From Bacteroidales bacterium (lineage in GTDB: Bacteria > Bacteroidota > Bacteroidia > Bacteroidales > ML635J-15), in the NCBI GenBank assembly GCA_049975305.1, contig JBNGDT010000002.1, forward strand, positions 1-63,009: a stretch of 63,009 nucleotides of DNA, written 5' to 3'. Positions 1 to 9,383 of the stretch are shown here, piece by piece. The translations under genes and the position numbers were made by a program. Every line of letters starts with the position of its first letter. Position 1 is the stretch's first letter. A model generated the notes under the pieces. That model was not told the origin of the DNA, did no database searches, and saw only the letters and a program-made list of their open reading frames with translations.

Positions 1-117
1 TGTGAAATCAGTTTTTCGTAACACACTGATAATAAGACGGATAAAAAAGGGGGGGGTGAAATTTGGTTTTTAGAAAAAAGAGGCTTATATTTGTTTCAAA
101 ATACGGCATTGAAAAAA

Positions 118-147
118 GTAATTTTTAGAGATGCCCTTAATTAAAAT
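118..147 (+). repeat. Left copy of a long-range inverted repeat (partner 62980-63009)
   Basis: GTAATTTTTAGAGATGCCCTTAATTAAAAT matches the reverse complement of 62980-63009 at 29 of 30 positions (mismatch at 121 vs 63006). Similarity stops sharply at 148 / 62979. Confidence 0.8.
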
Positions 148-341
148 AAATGCTTTACTTCCAGCTCCGTTATTCGGAATAATTAGTTCCCAGTTTTTCA
201 ACAGGTAATTTTCGATTATATTGATAGACAAATATAGCTATATTTTTTTATAGCTACGAAGACACATCTTTTTTGTTTAAAAACATGATTATTTTGTTTA
301 TTCAGGCTTGATTTTTGCATTCAAAAGGGGGTTTAAAAATT

Positions 342-2810
342 ATGCATAACATGAAAAAGTTAATTTTAGGTCTATTATTTGTGTTTTTTACCGGAATGCT
401 GTGTTCACAAACGGTTTTTGTTTTTGATGAAACCACAAAAAAACCCATCGCTAATGCCGGCATCGTTAATTTCAGTGAAATACATTCCGTCATTACCAAT
501 CAACAGGGAAAAGCCTCGCTGGATGGTTTTTCTGAAAAAGACAGTTTGTTGTTTCAGCATGCCTCCTACCAAAGCCGGTTGCTCAGGATATCCGAAATCA
601 AAGAAATGGATTACCAGGTGCCAATGTACCTCAGTGTCATAAAATTATCAGAAACCGTGATATCCGCTAACCGCTGGGAGCAAGAAAGAGAAGAGGTTCC
701 CATGAAAATTGAGGTTATCTCACCCACAGACATAAGCATGATGGAACCGCAAACCAGTGCCGATATGCTGGCAGGGAGCGGCCATGTTTTTGTGCAAAAA
801 TCGCAACTTGGCGGGGGGTCCCCGATGATACGCGGTTTTGCCACCAACAAAGTACTCATTGTTGTAGATGGCATCAGGATGAACAATGCCATTTACCGTC
901 ATGGAAATCTACAGAATGTGCTGTCAATTGATCCCAATGCATTGGAAGGCAGCGAAGTGTTATTTGGTCCCAGCTCTGTCATTTATGGCAGCGATGCCAT
1001 CGGCGGGGTGATGGATTTTCATACGCTGAAACCCGCGTTTGCACAATCGGATACCATGATATTCGATGGTAAGTCTTTGCTCAGGTATCATTCTGGAAAC
1101 AATGGGAAAACCGGCCATTTTGATGTGAACATTGCAGGGAAAAAATTCAGTTCCCTGACATCCGTTTCATACGCTGAGTTTGGAGATTTGCACATGGGCA
1201 CAAACGGGCTGTCCGAAGACCTGGATAAATATTATCTGCATGATTTGTATGTAACGGAAGTAGATGGACAGGATTCTGTTGTTCCCAACAAAGATCAGCA
1301 CCTTGCGAGAAACTCAGGATTTAATCAGGCCCATTTATTACAAAAATTTGCGTATAAACTGAATGAAAATGCGCTGTTGAAATACAATTTTTATTACAGC
1401 ACAACATCTGATGTTCCCCGTTACGACCGCTTGATTCAAAAATCAGGTGGGAACCCCAAATATGCAGAATGGTATTATGGCCCGCAAACATGGATGGCGC
1501 ATAGCATTGGTTTGGAATTGAGCAAGAAACAGAAAGCCTGGGATGAAATGAAAATTCAGGCTGCTTACCAGGATTATGAAGAAAGCCGGCATGACCGTAA
1601 ATTAAGGTCAGAAATGCTGCGTCACCGTACGGAAAACCTGAAAATCGGGAATATTAACCTAGACGCCATAAAAAAATTTGATGGGCAACATGCCTTGTAT
1701 TATGGCCTGGAAGCCGGAATAAGTAAAGTGTTCTCAGATGCTTACAGGGAAAACATTCATTCTGATGTCACCGAAGACATTGCCAGCCGGTACCCTGACA
1801 ATTCGGATTACAGCCATGCCGGGTTGTACCTTAGTTATCGTTATTTATTGAATCCCCAATGGACATTCACCACAGGTGCCAGGCTCAATGGGGTGTATGC
1901 CTATTCGCCTTTCGACGACAGGTTTTATGAATTTCCGTTTTCACAGATCACAATACGCTTGCTTGCTCCGAATTTTATGGCCGGGGCGGTATATAAACCC
2001 GAGCCGGAAACCCAATTGTGTCTAAACCTGGGATCAGGTTTCAGGGCCCCAAACATTGATGATATGGGAAAGGTTTTTGATTCTGAACCGGGATCGGTAG
2101 TTGTTCCCAATGATGATTTGCAACCCGAATACGCATGGAATGCTGACATTAACATCAGCAAAACCTTTAGCGAAATTCTAAGGATTGAAGGAGGTGCATT
2201 TTATACCATCCTTACCAATGCCATGGCTAGGGATGATTACCAGTTTGGAGGACAGGACAGCATCATGTATGATGGAGAATTATCCCAGGTACAGGCCATA
2301 CAAAATATTGGCATGGTGGATGTGTATGGTTTTAATGGTGGGATATACGCTGATATCACCAAAAACATTAATGTAAAATCATTATTAACAAAGGTGTACG
2401 GTTATGACCATGATGAGAATCCATACAGGCATGTGCCTCCCTTATATGGCAGCACACATGTGATTTTCAGATCAGGACAGCTAAGCATTGATGCTTCGGT
2501 AAATTACAATGGAGAAATATCGCCTGATGAGCTCAGCCCTGAAGAGCATGACAAAACTTATATGTACGCTGTGGATGAATCTTATGCCGGGAAACAATCA
2601 GAGTTGCCGGAAAGCAACCAATTTAACCCGGAAGGATTGTATGCACCTTCCTGGTACGCAGTAAATCTAAAATTGTTCTACGCCATGAATAAAAACCTGG
2701 TGTTTTCTGCAGGGGTGGAAAATCTGACCGACCAGTTGTATCGAACTTATTCTTCAGGCATCCCTGCCTTAGGACGTAGTTTTATATTATCTTTGCGGGG
2801 TACTTTTTAA
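342..2810 (+). CDS. TonB-dependent outer-membrane receptor with N-terminal carboxypeptidase-regulatory-like domain
   Basis: The ORF track starts at TTG 315. The first ATGs (342, 351) precede a signal peptide, MKKLILGLLFVFFTGMLCSQ. Plug motifs are GGSPMIRGF, DGIRMNN and LFGPSSVIYGSDAIGGV. A long beta-barrel part ends in LSLRGTF with a terminal aromatic residue. There is no adjacent SusD-like gene. Confidence 0.85.
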   Translation: MHNMKKLILGLLFVFFTGMLCSQTVFVFDETTKKPIANAGIVNFSEIHSVITNQQGKASLDGFSEKDSLLFQHASYQSRLLRISEIKEMDYQVPMYLSVIKLSETVISANRWEQEREEVPMKIEVISPTDISMMEPQTSADMLAGSGHVFVQKSQLGGGSPMIRGFATNKVLIVVDGIRMNNAIYRHGNLQNVLSIDPNALEGSEVLFGPSSVIYGSDAIGGVMDFHTLKPAFAQSDTMIFDGKSLLRYHSGNNGKTGHFDVNIAGKKFSSLTSVSYAEFGDLHMGTNGLSEDLDKYYLHDLYVTEVDGQDSVVPNKDQHLARNSGFNQAHLLQKFAYKLNENALLKYNFYYSTTSDVPRYDRLIQKSGGNPKYAEWYYGPQTWMAHSIGLELSKKQKAWDEMKIQAAYQDYEESRHDRKLRSEMLRHRTENLKIGNINLDAIKKFDGQHALYYGLEAGISKVFSDAYRENIHSDVTEDIASRYPDNSDYSHAGLYLSYRYLLNPQWTFTTGARLNGVYAYSPFDDRFYEFPFSQITIRLLAPNFMAGAVYKPEPETQLCLNLGSGFRAPNIDDMGKVFDSEPGSVVVPNDDLQPEYAWNADINISKTFSEILRIEGGAFYTILTNAMARDDYQFGGQDSIMYDGELSQVQAIQNIGMVDVYGFNGGIYADITKNINVKSLLTKVYGYDHDENPYRHVPPLYGSTHVIFRSGQLSIDASVNYNGEISPDELSPEEHDKTYMYAVDESYAGKQSELPESNQFNPEGLYAPSWYAVNLKLFYAMNKNLVFSAGVENLTDQLYRTYSSGIPALGRSFILSLRGTF

Positions 2811-2830
2811 CAATAAAATTAAAAGAGTTC

Positions 2831-4099
2831 ATGTCAAAGCTTTCGATATACAGCCAGTTGGTTGCTATGCTTACTTTTGTGTGTGTATGTACTGTACATG
2901 CCGGTGGTGTTGTTGATGGTGATATAAACGGAACTGCAAGTGAAAAAGAGCCTTGTAAAATTACACTGCCGGACAGCATGGTTAACAACACGCAAAATTT
3001 ATATGATTCATTGATTGTATCCGGTTTGGAACAGGAAGTACAGGGAGAAAAAGCATTCAGTGCGTATGAAGCAAGTCACAATGATTCACTGATAATAAGC
3101 AGGCTTGAAAAACTGTCCAGGAGAACAGAAATTCCTTTGACTTACCACCCATCCGTAAAAGCATATATTCAGGCTTACGGGTTGCGGAACCCCCAAAAGA
3201 TTTCCCGTATTTTGGGACGATCGGCTTTTTATTATCCCATTTTTGATCATTATTTAAACCAATATAATTTACCCCCCGAGCTCAAACATCTGGCATCAGT
3301 GGAATCATCGCTGGATCCCCTGGCTGTTTCAAAAAGCGGAGCAGTGGGGCTCTGGCAATTTCTGCCGGGCGCTGCAGGTTTGTTTGATTTGCAAATGGAT
3401 GCGTGGGTGGATGAAAGGAGTGATCCGCATAAATCTACGGATGCAGCGTGTAGGTACTTGTCGTATTTGTACAGAATATTTGGAGATTGGCACCTGGCAA
3501 TGGTAGCATACAACGGAGGCCCGGGGGCCATTCAGAAAGCCATGGCACGTTGTGGGGGTGAAACCAATTACTGGGAAATACGTCATAAGCTGTCAAAACA
3601 AATGCAAAGCTATGTTCCGGCTTTTATCGCTATGAATTATGTATTGCATTATCACAGGGATTTTAATATTAAACCAGCAGTCCCGGTTTGTTACTATCAT
3701 CAGACAGATACACTGCTAATTAAGCAGAAAACATCACTTGATCGCGTTGCTGAAGTATTGGACATTGATAATACAATAGTCAGAAGTCTGAATCCGGTGT
3801 ACAGGCAGGGTATCATTCCTGAAAATGATAAAGGCTGTGTTTTGGTTTTACCACGGGCAAAAAGCATTGCTTTTATTTTAAATCAGAAAATCATTACAGG
3901 GGAACAGTTTATTCCGGAGAAAAAGGTGATCAACGAAACCAAAGATAAAGCCATCACTTATATAGTACAAAAAGGCGATTCGTTGCATAAAATAGCCATT
4001 GAGCACAATTGCACGATACAAGACATCAGGCGATGGAATAATTTTCCTGAAAATAAACCCTTGTATTATGATGAAGAGATAGTGTTGTATGTGGAATAA
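2831..4099 (+). CDS. Lytic murein transglycosylase (SLT domain) with C-terminal LysM domain, MltD-like
   Basis: SLT catalytic region ESSLDPLAVSKSGAVGLWQF and AYNGGPG. C-terminal LysM YIVQKGDSLHKIAIEHNCTIQDIRRWNN. N-terminal signal sequence. Confidence 0.85.
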   Translation: MSKLSIYSQLVAMLTFVCVCTVHAGGVVDGDINGTASEKEPCKITLPDSMVNNTQNLYDSLIVSGLEQEVQGEKAFSAYEASHNDSLIISRLEKLSRRTEIPLTYHPSVKAYIQAYGLRNPQKISRILGRSAFYYPIFDHYLNQYNLPPELKHLASVESSLDPLAVSKSGAVGLWQFLPGAAGLFDLQMDAWVDERSDPHKSTDAACRYLSYLYRIFGDWHLAMVAYNGGPGAIQKAMARCGGETNYWEIRHKLSKQMQSYVPAFIAMNYVLHYHRDFNIKPAVPVCYYHQTDTLLIKQKTSLDRVAEVLDIDNTIVRSLNPVYRQGIIPENDKGCVLVLPRAKSIAFILNQKIITGEQFIPEKKVINETKDKAITYIVQKGDSLHKIAIEHNCTIQDIRRWNNFPENKPLYYDEEIVLYVE

Positions 4100-4281
4100 A
4101 CAAAGATGGTTGTTGCCTTCTTTAATTTTAATATAGTGTCAAGTTAATCCTAATCTGACGCCCCAAAGCTTGCCCAGCGACAGACGGGTTTTGTTGTTTT
4201 TCGTTTTTTCTTCATAAATGTTTATCAGATTTCCCCTGTTGATTGTCTTTAACAAATAATCTTCACAGCCTGTTTCCATCA

Positions 4282-5085
4282 TTACCATGCATCCAACTGC
4301 GATGGAAGCTGTTCAATAAAACCTGTGTAGTCATCTACGCCTGATTGTTTTTGTAAAGCATCCACCCATCCTCCATACATAGGATTAGGTAAAATAATAA
4401 ATTCCGTTCCGAATTTATGTTTCATTTCCGCAATTTTATTCATTCCAAGGTCTTTACCCCTGTTGACCCATTGGTTACTGAAATCACCAAGGTTATCTCC
4501 TACAAATAAAAGCACATCATAGTTTTGAATTATCTGTTTACGACGTTCTGTTTTATCGCTTGTGGATGATTTTAGCAGAAAATGATCAGGCCGGATTTCG
4601 GGAAAACCAAGATTTTCCATGTTTGTGATGGTTGATTGCAGCTCATTTTCCATTCGGTTGGAAATATAAAATATTTCAACGTTGTTGTTGTGTGCATAGG
4701 TCAAAAACTCAATTCCTCCCGGAAGGGCTGCAGCCTCAGCTCTGTCAGTCCATTGTTTCCAGAAATCAGGTGAATATTGTTTCCCTGTTTGAATCATTTT
4801 AACCTGAAACGGGCTGTTATCTATCAGGGTTTCATCAATATCCAGTACAATGGCATTTGGTTTTTCTGAACTGTCTGTGTTGATTTGCTTTTCAAGCGCT
4901 ATTGTAGCGAAGTTAAAAGCCTGATAATAACAAGCAGCTTGTTCTGCTGATTTTTGATACCAGGCAGTGGCCATTACCAGGTGTTCATTGTTTGATTTTT
5001 TGTTTTCACCGGAGGATTGTGTTGGTTCATCCTGACAACTCAGCAAGATGACACCTAAGCAGGCAATTAAAAGGATGTTTTTCAT
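4282..5085 (-). CDS. Lipoprotein e(P4)-family 5'-nucleotidase / class B acid phosphatase (HAD superfamily)
   Basis: Lipobox LLSC. HAD/DDDD motifs DIDETLIDNS and FVGDNLGDF. The size (267 aa) is typical of the family. Confidence 0.75.
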   Translation of the reverse strand: MKNILLIACLGVILLSCQDEPTQSSGENKKSNNEHLVMATAWYQKSAEQAACYYQAFNFATIALEKQINTDSSEKPNAIVLDIDETLIDNSPFQVKMIQTGKQYSPDFWKQWTDRAEAAALPGGIEFLTYAHNNNVEIFYISNRMENELQSTITNMENLGFPEIRPDHFLLKSSTSDKTERRKQIIQNYDVLLFVGDNLGDFSNQWVNRGKDLGMNKIAEMKHKFGTEFIILPNPMYGGWVDALQKQSGVDDYTGFIEQLPSQLDAW

Positions 5086-5182
5086 TTTTCAGATCTTAAA
5101 ATTTATAAAGCTAAAGATAGAAATTATTTTTCATACATAAAACGATGAAAAAAGATAAATAGATAAATAGATAAGTTAAAAA

Positions 5183-5218
5183 CAAAAAACCGTTGCAATT
5201 TACCATGAATTACAACGG
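5183..5218 (-). terminator. Rho-independent terminator of the C10 peptidase gene
   Basis: The minus strand reads CCGTTGTAATTCATGGTAAATTGCAACGG followed by TTTTTTGTTTTT. This gives a 10-bp stem (one mismatch) and a 7-nt loop, starting 24 nt after the stop codon at 5243. Confidence 0.7.
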
Positions 5219-5242
5219 TCAGGAAATGCCAATAAAGCTACC

Positions 5243-7366
5243 TTATTTAATGAAGCTTATGCGTTTTGTTATAGTTTGGCTTTCGGTTGAAATATCAATA
5301 AGGTACATTCCGGATTCCGCTATATGAATCAGCTTGTCGAGTTCAATTTTTTGATATCCTTTATTACCCTGAATGCTTGTTTTACCGATGGTTTTTCCAA
5401 GCATATTATAAAGCCTGATGTTGACCTCAGATGATTCTACCAGGGAAAAAGCCATGTTAATATGATCAGAGGTTGGATTTGGAAAAACAGAGGCTTGGTT
5501 AATTATTTCATGATTTTTGATACCTACATTTGTAGAATAATCAATTGTAAATCCTCCTCCAACATCATCATCAGAATCAGCAAAAAACTGCAAAAACACG
5601 ACAGGGGCGTCGATGATTAATTCAGTAGGCGTATTGGTGGCATTAAATTTTTCCACCAGATCGCCGACATCATTTCTATATACGTCCAGATAATCCATAG
5701 AACCCCCTAAATCAAATTCAGTAAAATCAAGATATATGTTTTCAGCATTGTCCGGTTCGATATACCATGAGCATACAGTGGATTTTTTGTAGTTACATGG
5801 ACCACTTCCATCACTGACTGTTCCGGTAAGTGAAGTATAAGAGAGCCCTGTTTTGCAATAATAAGAATTGAAACTAACATACCATCCTTCTGCAGTAGTA
5901 CTGCCATCAGTTAGAAATTCAATGAGAAGATTTCCGTAATGGGCCTGAACAGAGGATGTGGGTATGTTATCCATATCAAAAGTTTCCAGCAATGGGGTTT
6001 CTGTAGTTTCGCCGTCATAGATATGTATCACATCACCATCGGCAAGATCAAATTGTTCAAAATTTAAGGTAATGATCTGTCCACAATCGGGAGATATCAG
6101 ATATTGGCAGCTTATGTTATTCTGGTAATCTTCACTAGCACTCCCATCACCAAAAGCACCCTGATGAGAAATGATGTTTTTTGTTCCCGTGCAGTACTCC
6201 GGATAATTATCTTTAGGGTAAATGTTTTTAACAACCTGTTGATTGAAAACAAAGTTGTTTTCAGGACCACCAGGGGTAGCTGTTGATGTCAGATCATCAA
6301 GGGTATAATAGCCGTTGCCGACACCACCCCAGCCCCAGTTCATGTGAAACTCATCTTCCATGTAGCCATCGCAATTCCAGGCATGTCCTGATTCGGTAGA
6401 AGAGCCTGAATATACCATGGGATATTTATTGTCAAGCTGTGTGCGAAGAATATCTTTGTATTGTGTATCTGTATAATTGTCCTTGTTGATCAATTGAATG
6501 GATTCATCATACTTGAAATAATCTTTCAGAGCGGTAACTATCTTTTCGGTTTGGCTTCCCGATCCGTTAGGCCCCCAGTACATTGATACAGCTACTCCAA
6601 TATGAAAATTTATTTTTGCCAGTTCATCATTTAATCCATTGCCTTGGAGAGGGATTCCAGCCCAATTATATGTTTGATTAGCAAAATTTATTGTAATTGT
6701 ACCATACCCGCCATTGGCCCAATTGGAATGGGTTTTTGATCCTGTTCCGGTTTCAGGGTAATCCCAGTGTTTCATCACTTGTCCCATGGCAGTAGCAACA
6801 CAACCCACAGGTACATGTCCCGCTATGCCATCGGGGTCTTCAGGGCACATTTGGTTGTATGGGTATCCCTGGTTCCATGTTGTCAACAGGAGTGGTTCCA
6901 CATTTCTTAAGGTTTTAATGCCTTTTTCCGGTGTGTAATCAATAAGGGATTGCCATTGTTCTGATGTTTTTTTGTCAGCTTTAATGTTATTGTTTGCAAT
7001 GTAGGCAATTTGATTGGCATACCAGTCTAACATGTCGGCCTGTCCTGGGTGCATATTTCCGGCATTAAACGCACCTTTAAATGCATAGGCAAGTACCGGT
7101 TTGGCTCCGTCATCGGCAGACACAAGGATAAAACCCTGGTTGTCGTTAATGTCAAATGCATAATAGGTTGTGTGTGCTTCCTTATTATTTACAGATACAA
7201 GGCTTAAGTTAATATCAGCATACTCGATGCTTTTCACTTGATTTACATGCTGATAAAAAAAGTTTTTTGCTACTTTTTCAGCCAGCTTCCGTGGCACTTC
7301 TTTGGCGTTCACGAATCCAATTCCTGCAATAATAAGAAGAAGAATCAATAAAAATTTAATTTTCAT
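5243..7366 (-). CDS. Secreted C10-family (streptopain-like) cysteine peptidase with Spi-like propeptide, two CUB-like modules and a T9SS C-terminal sorting domain
   Basis: The likely start is MKIKFLLILLLIIAGIGFVNA (the ORF track extends to 7393). Catalytic Cys context GCVATAMGQVMKHW and His context GHAWNCDGY. CUB-like repeats CQYLISP...IHIYDG and CSWYIEP...LDVYRN. CTD VFPNPTSDHINMAF...ITKRISFIK. Confidence 0.8.
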   Translation of the reverse strand: MKIKFLLILLLIIAGIGFVNAKEVPRKLAEKVAKNFFYQHVNQVKSIEYADINLSLVSVNNKEAHTTYYAFDINDNQGFILVSADDGAKPVLAYAFKGAFNAGNMHPGQADMLDWYANQIAYIANNNIKADKKTSEQWQSLIDYTPEKGIKTLRNVEPLLLTTWNQGYPYNQMCPEDPDGIAGHVPVGCVATAMGQVMKHWDYPETGTGSKTHSNWANGGYGTITINFANQTYNWAGIPLQGNGLNDELAKINFHIGVAVSMYWGPNGSGSQTEKIVTALKDYFKYDESIQLINKDNYTDTQYKDILRTQLDNKYPMVYSGSSTESGHAWNCDGYMEDEFHMNWGWGGVGNGYYTLDDLTSTATPGGPENNFVFNQQVVKNIYPKDNYPEYCTGTKNIISHQGAFGDGSASEDYQNNISCQYLISPDCGQIITLNFEQFDLADGDVIHIYDGETTETPLLETFDMDNIPTSSVQAHYGNLLIEFLTDGSTTAEGWYVSFNSYYCKTGLSYTSLTGTVSDGSGPCNYKKSTVCSWYIEPDNAENIYLDFTEFDLGGSMDYLDVYRNDVGDLVEKFNATNTPTELIIDAPVVFLQFFADSDDDVGGGFTIDYSTNVGIKNHEIINQASVFPNPTSDHINMAFSLVESSEVNIRLYNMLGKTIGKTSIQGNKGYQKIELDKLIHIAESGMYLIDISTESQTITKRISFIK

Positions 7367-7452
7367 AATAAAAAATATTTGGTTTATACTCAAATTTCAC
7401 TGTTACATACAGACGCTGTTTTGTCTTATTTTGTTGCATATACAAAGGTAAA

Positions 7453-9009
7453 TTAAACATAATCAATATTATAATGCAGGCCTATACTTTCTTTTCTTGC
7501 CTGTGCCATTTTAATAATAAGGTACCCTACATTGATCAGGTTACGAAGCTCGCAAATTTTTACGGTTAATTTTGATTTTTTGTACAAATCTTCATTTTCA
7601 CGGTAAATGATTTCCAGTCTGTCAAGAGCGCGTTTTAGCCTGAGATTGCTTCTGACAATGCCCACATAGTTGCTCATGATTTCCTGGGTTTCTTTCCATG
7701 ATTGTGTTATTAAAACCATTTCTTCGGCAGGTATGGTTCCTTCATCGTTCCATGGTGGTATATTTTTCATCCACGACAATTCAGAAATTATGGATAAACT
7801 GTGTTTAGCTGCTCTATCGGCAAAGATCACAGCTTCAAGCAGGGAGTTTGAAGCCAGCCTGTTGGCCCCATGCAATCCTGTATAGGTAGTTTCTCCTGCA
7901 GCGTACAGGCGATGAATGGAGCTTTCACCATTTTTGTCCACAGCTATACCTCCACACAGGTAATGGGCACTTGGTACAACAGGAATAAATTCTTTTGCAG
8001 GATTAATGTTATGTTTTATGCATTTTTGGAAAATATTGGGAAATTTTTCCCTGAACGTTTCTTCATTTATATTGGTAGCATCAAGATAAACATGGTCAGA
8101 ACCTTGTTCTTTCATTTTTCGGTCGATAGCCCTGGCAACAATATCCCGTGGAGCCAACGATCCCCTTGAGTCATATTTTTCCAAAAATTTGTTGCCCTTA
8201 ATGTCCCGGATAATAGCACCTGAACCGCGGATGGCTTCGGTAATTAAAAAAGAGGGTGTTTCATTTGGGTTATAAAATGCGGTGGGATGAAACTGAACGA
8301 ATTCCATGTTTTTTATTTTTCCTTTGGCACGGTAAGTCATGGCGATACCATCGCCTGTTATTACAGGCGGATTGGTGGTTGATTTATACACATTTCCACA
8401 TCCGCCCGTTGCCAGCAGTGTGATTTTTGCCAGCATGGTATATATGGTATTGTTGCGTTTGTCAAAAACATAGGCCCCGTAACATTCTGTATCCGTATGG
8501 TTGTGTTTTACAAGTTTGCCAAGGTGATGTTGTGTAATCAGGTCAATGGCAAAAAAGTGTTCATAAACTGCAATGTTGGGATGTGCTTTAACCTGCCTGA
8601 TCAGTGTTTTTTGTATTTCTTCACCCGTATTGTCTTTGTGATGTAATATCCGTTTTTCGGAATGACCACCCTCTTTGTGCAGGTAGTATTTTCCGGATTT
8701 GGATTTATCAAACTGAGCTCCCCATTTAATAAGATTTTTTACTTGTTGAGGTCCCTCTTTAATGACCAAATTAACAATCTCTTTATCGTTGAGGTATTGC
8801 CCGGCATCAAGGGTATCGTGAATGTGTTTATCAAAACTGTCCGGCTTGTAAGTTACAGCGGCGATACCGCCTTGTGCATAAGCTGTGGATGTATCATCAA
8901 TGCTGGATTTGGTTACTATGCAAACAGATTTGTTGGGGGCTACTTTCAACGCAAATGTTAGTCCGGCAATGCCTGATCCGATAATTAAGAAATCTACTTT
9001 TTTTTCCAT
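7453..9009 (-). CDS. nadB: L-aspartate oxidase
   Basis: FAD-binding N-terminus DFLIIGSGIAGLTFA. Fumarate-reductase/succinate-dehydrogenase flavoprotein-like motifs (AQGGIAA, HPTA, RLYAAGE). The start is placed at MEKKVD; the ORF track extends to 9048. Confidence 0.9.
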   Translation of the reverse strand: MEKKVDFLIIGSGIAGLTFALKVAPNKSVCIVTKSSIDDTSTAYAQGGIAAVTYKPDSFDKHIHDTLDAGQYLNDKEIVNLVIKEGPQQVKNLIKWGAQFDKSKSGKYYLHKEGGHSEKRILHHKDNTGEEIQKTLIRQVKAHPNIAVYEHFFAIDLITQHHLGKLVKHNHTDTECYGAYVFDKRNNTIYTMLAKITLLATGGCGNVYKSTTNPPVITGDGIAMTYRAKGKIKNMEFVQFHPTAFYNPNETPSFLITEAIRGSGAIIRDIKGNKFLEKYDSRGSLAPRDIVARAIDRKMKEQGSDHVYLDATNINEETFREKFPNIFQKCIKHNINPAKEFIPVVPSAHYLCGGIAVDKNGESSIHRLYAAGETTYTGLHGANRLASNSLLEAVIFADRAAKHSLSIISELSWMKNIPPWNDEGTIPAEEMVLITQSWKETQEIMSNYVGIVRSNLRLKRALDRLEIIYRENEDLYKKSKLTVKICELRNLINVGYLIIKMAQARKESIGLHYNIDYV

Positions 9010-9118
9010 AGGAAAAATCAGAATAAAAATAAATTCAAATATAAACAATAAATTCAGGAAAAAAAATAAACTTTGCAGAACAATTGTTTATTAAGATTAT
9101 TTTAAAGGATAATACATT

Positions 9119-9358
9119 ATGAATAAAGAAAACAATAATTTGGTTACCCTTGCATTATTCAGATACGCATACAGGGCAAACATATTACAATCCATTTTGA
9201 AAGAAGCTGGCATAGAATCTGTGGTTACAACTTCATCTGTGTTTAAGCAAATAGACTCTATTAAACTACAGGTAAATCAAAAAGACCTTTCTGAAGCCCG
9301 CCGTATTTTACAGGAAAACATGGGTATGTTTGAAACTGATGACATTGAAGAACTGTAA
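9119..9358 (+). CDS. Small DUF2007-like protein (putative signal-transducing fold)
   Basis: The 79-aa ORF has a pattern (LVTLALF..A.IL.S.L.EAGIES ... LQV...DLSEARRIL) resembling DUF2007. This is a weak, motif-only assignment. Confidence 0.45.
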   Translation: MNKENNNLVTLALFRYAYRANILQSILKEAGIESVVTTSSVFKQIDSIKLQVNQKDLSEARRILQENMGMFETDDIEEL

Positions 9359-9383
9359 GCATTTGATAAACAAGCGCAGATAA

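Noticed and set aside
1-341. Riboswitch (for example cobalamin) upstream of the TonB-dependent receptor
   Set aside because: I see no B12-box-like or other conserved riboswitch core. There is only a small TAGCTATA/TATAGCTA hairpin (235-256). A covariance-model scan would be needed to exclude a riboswitch.
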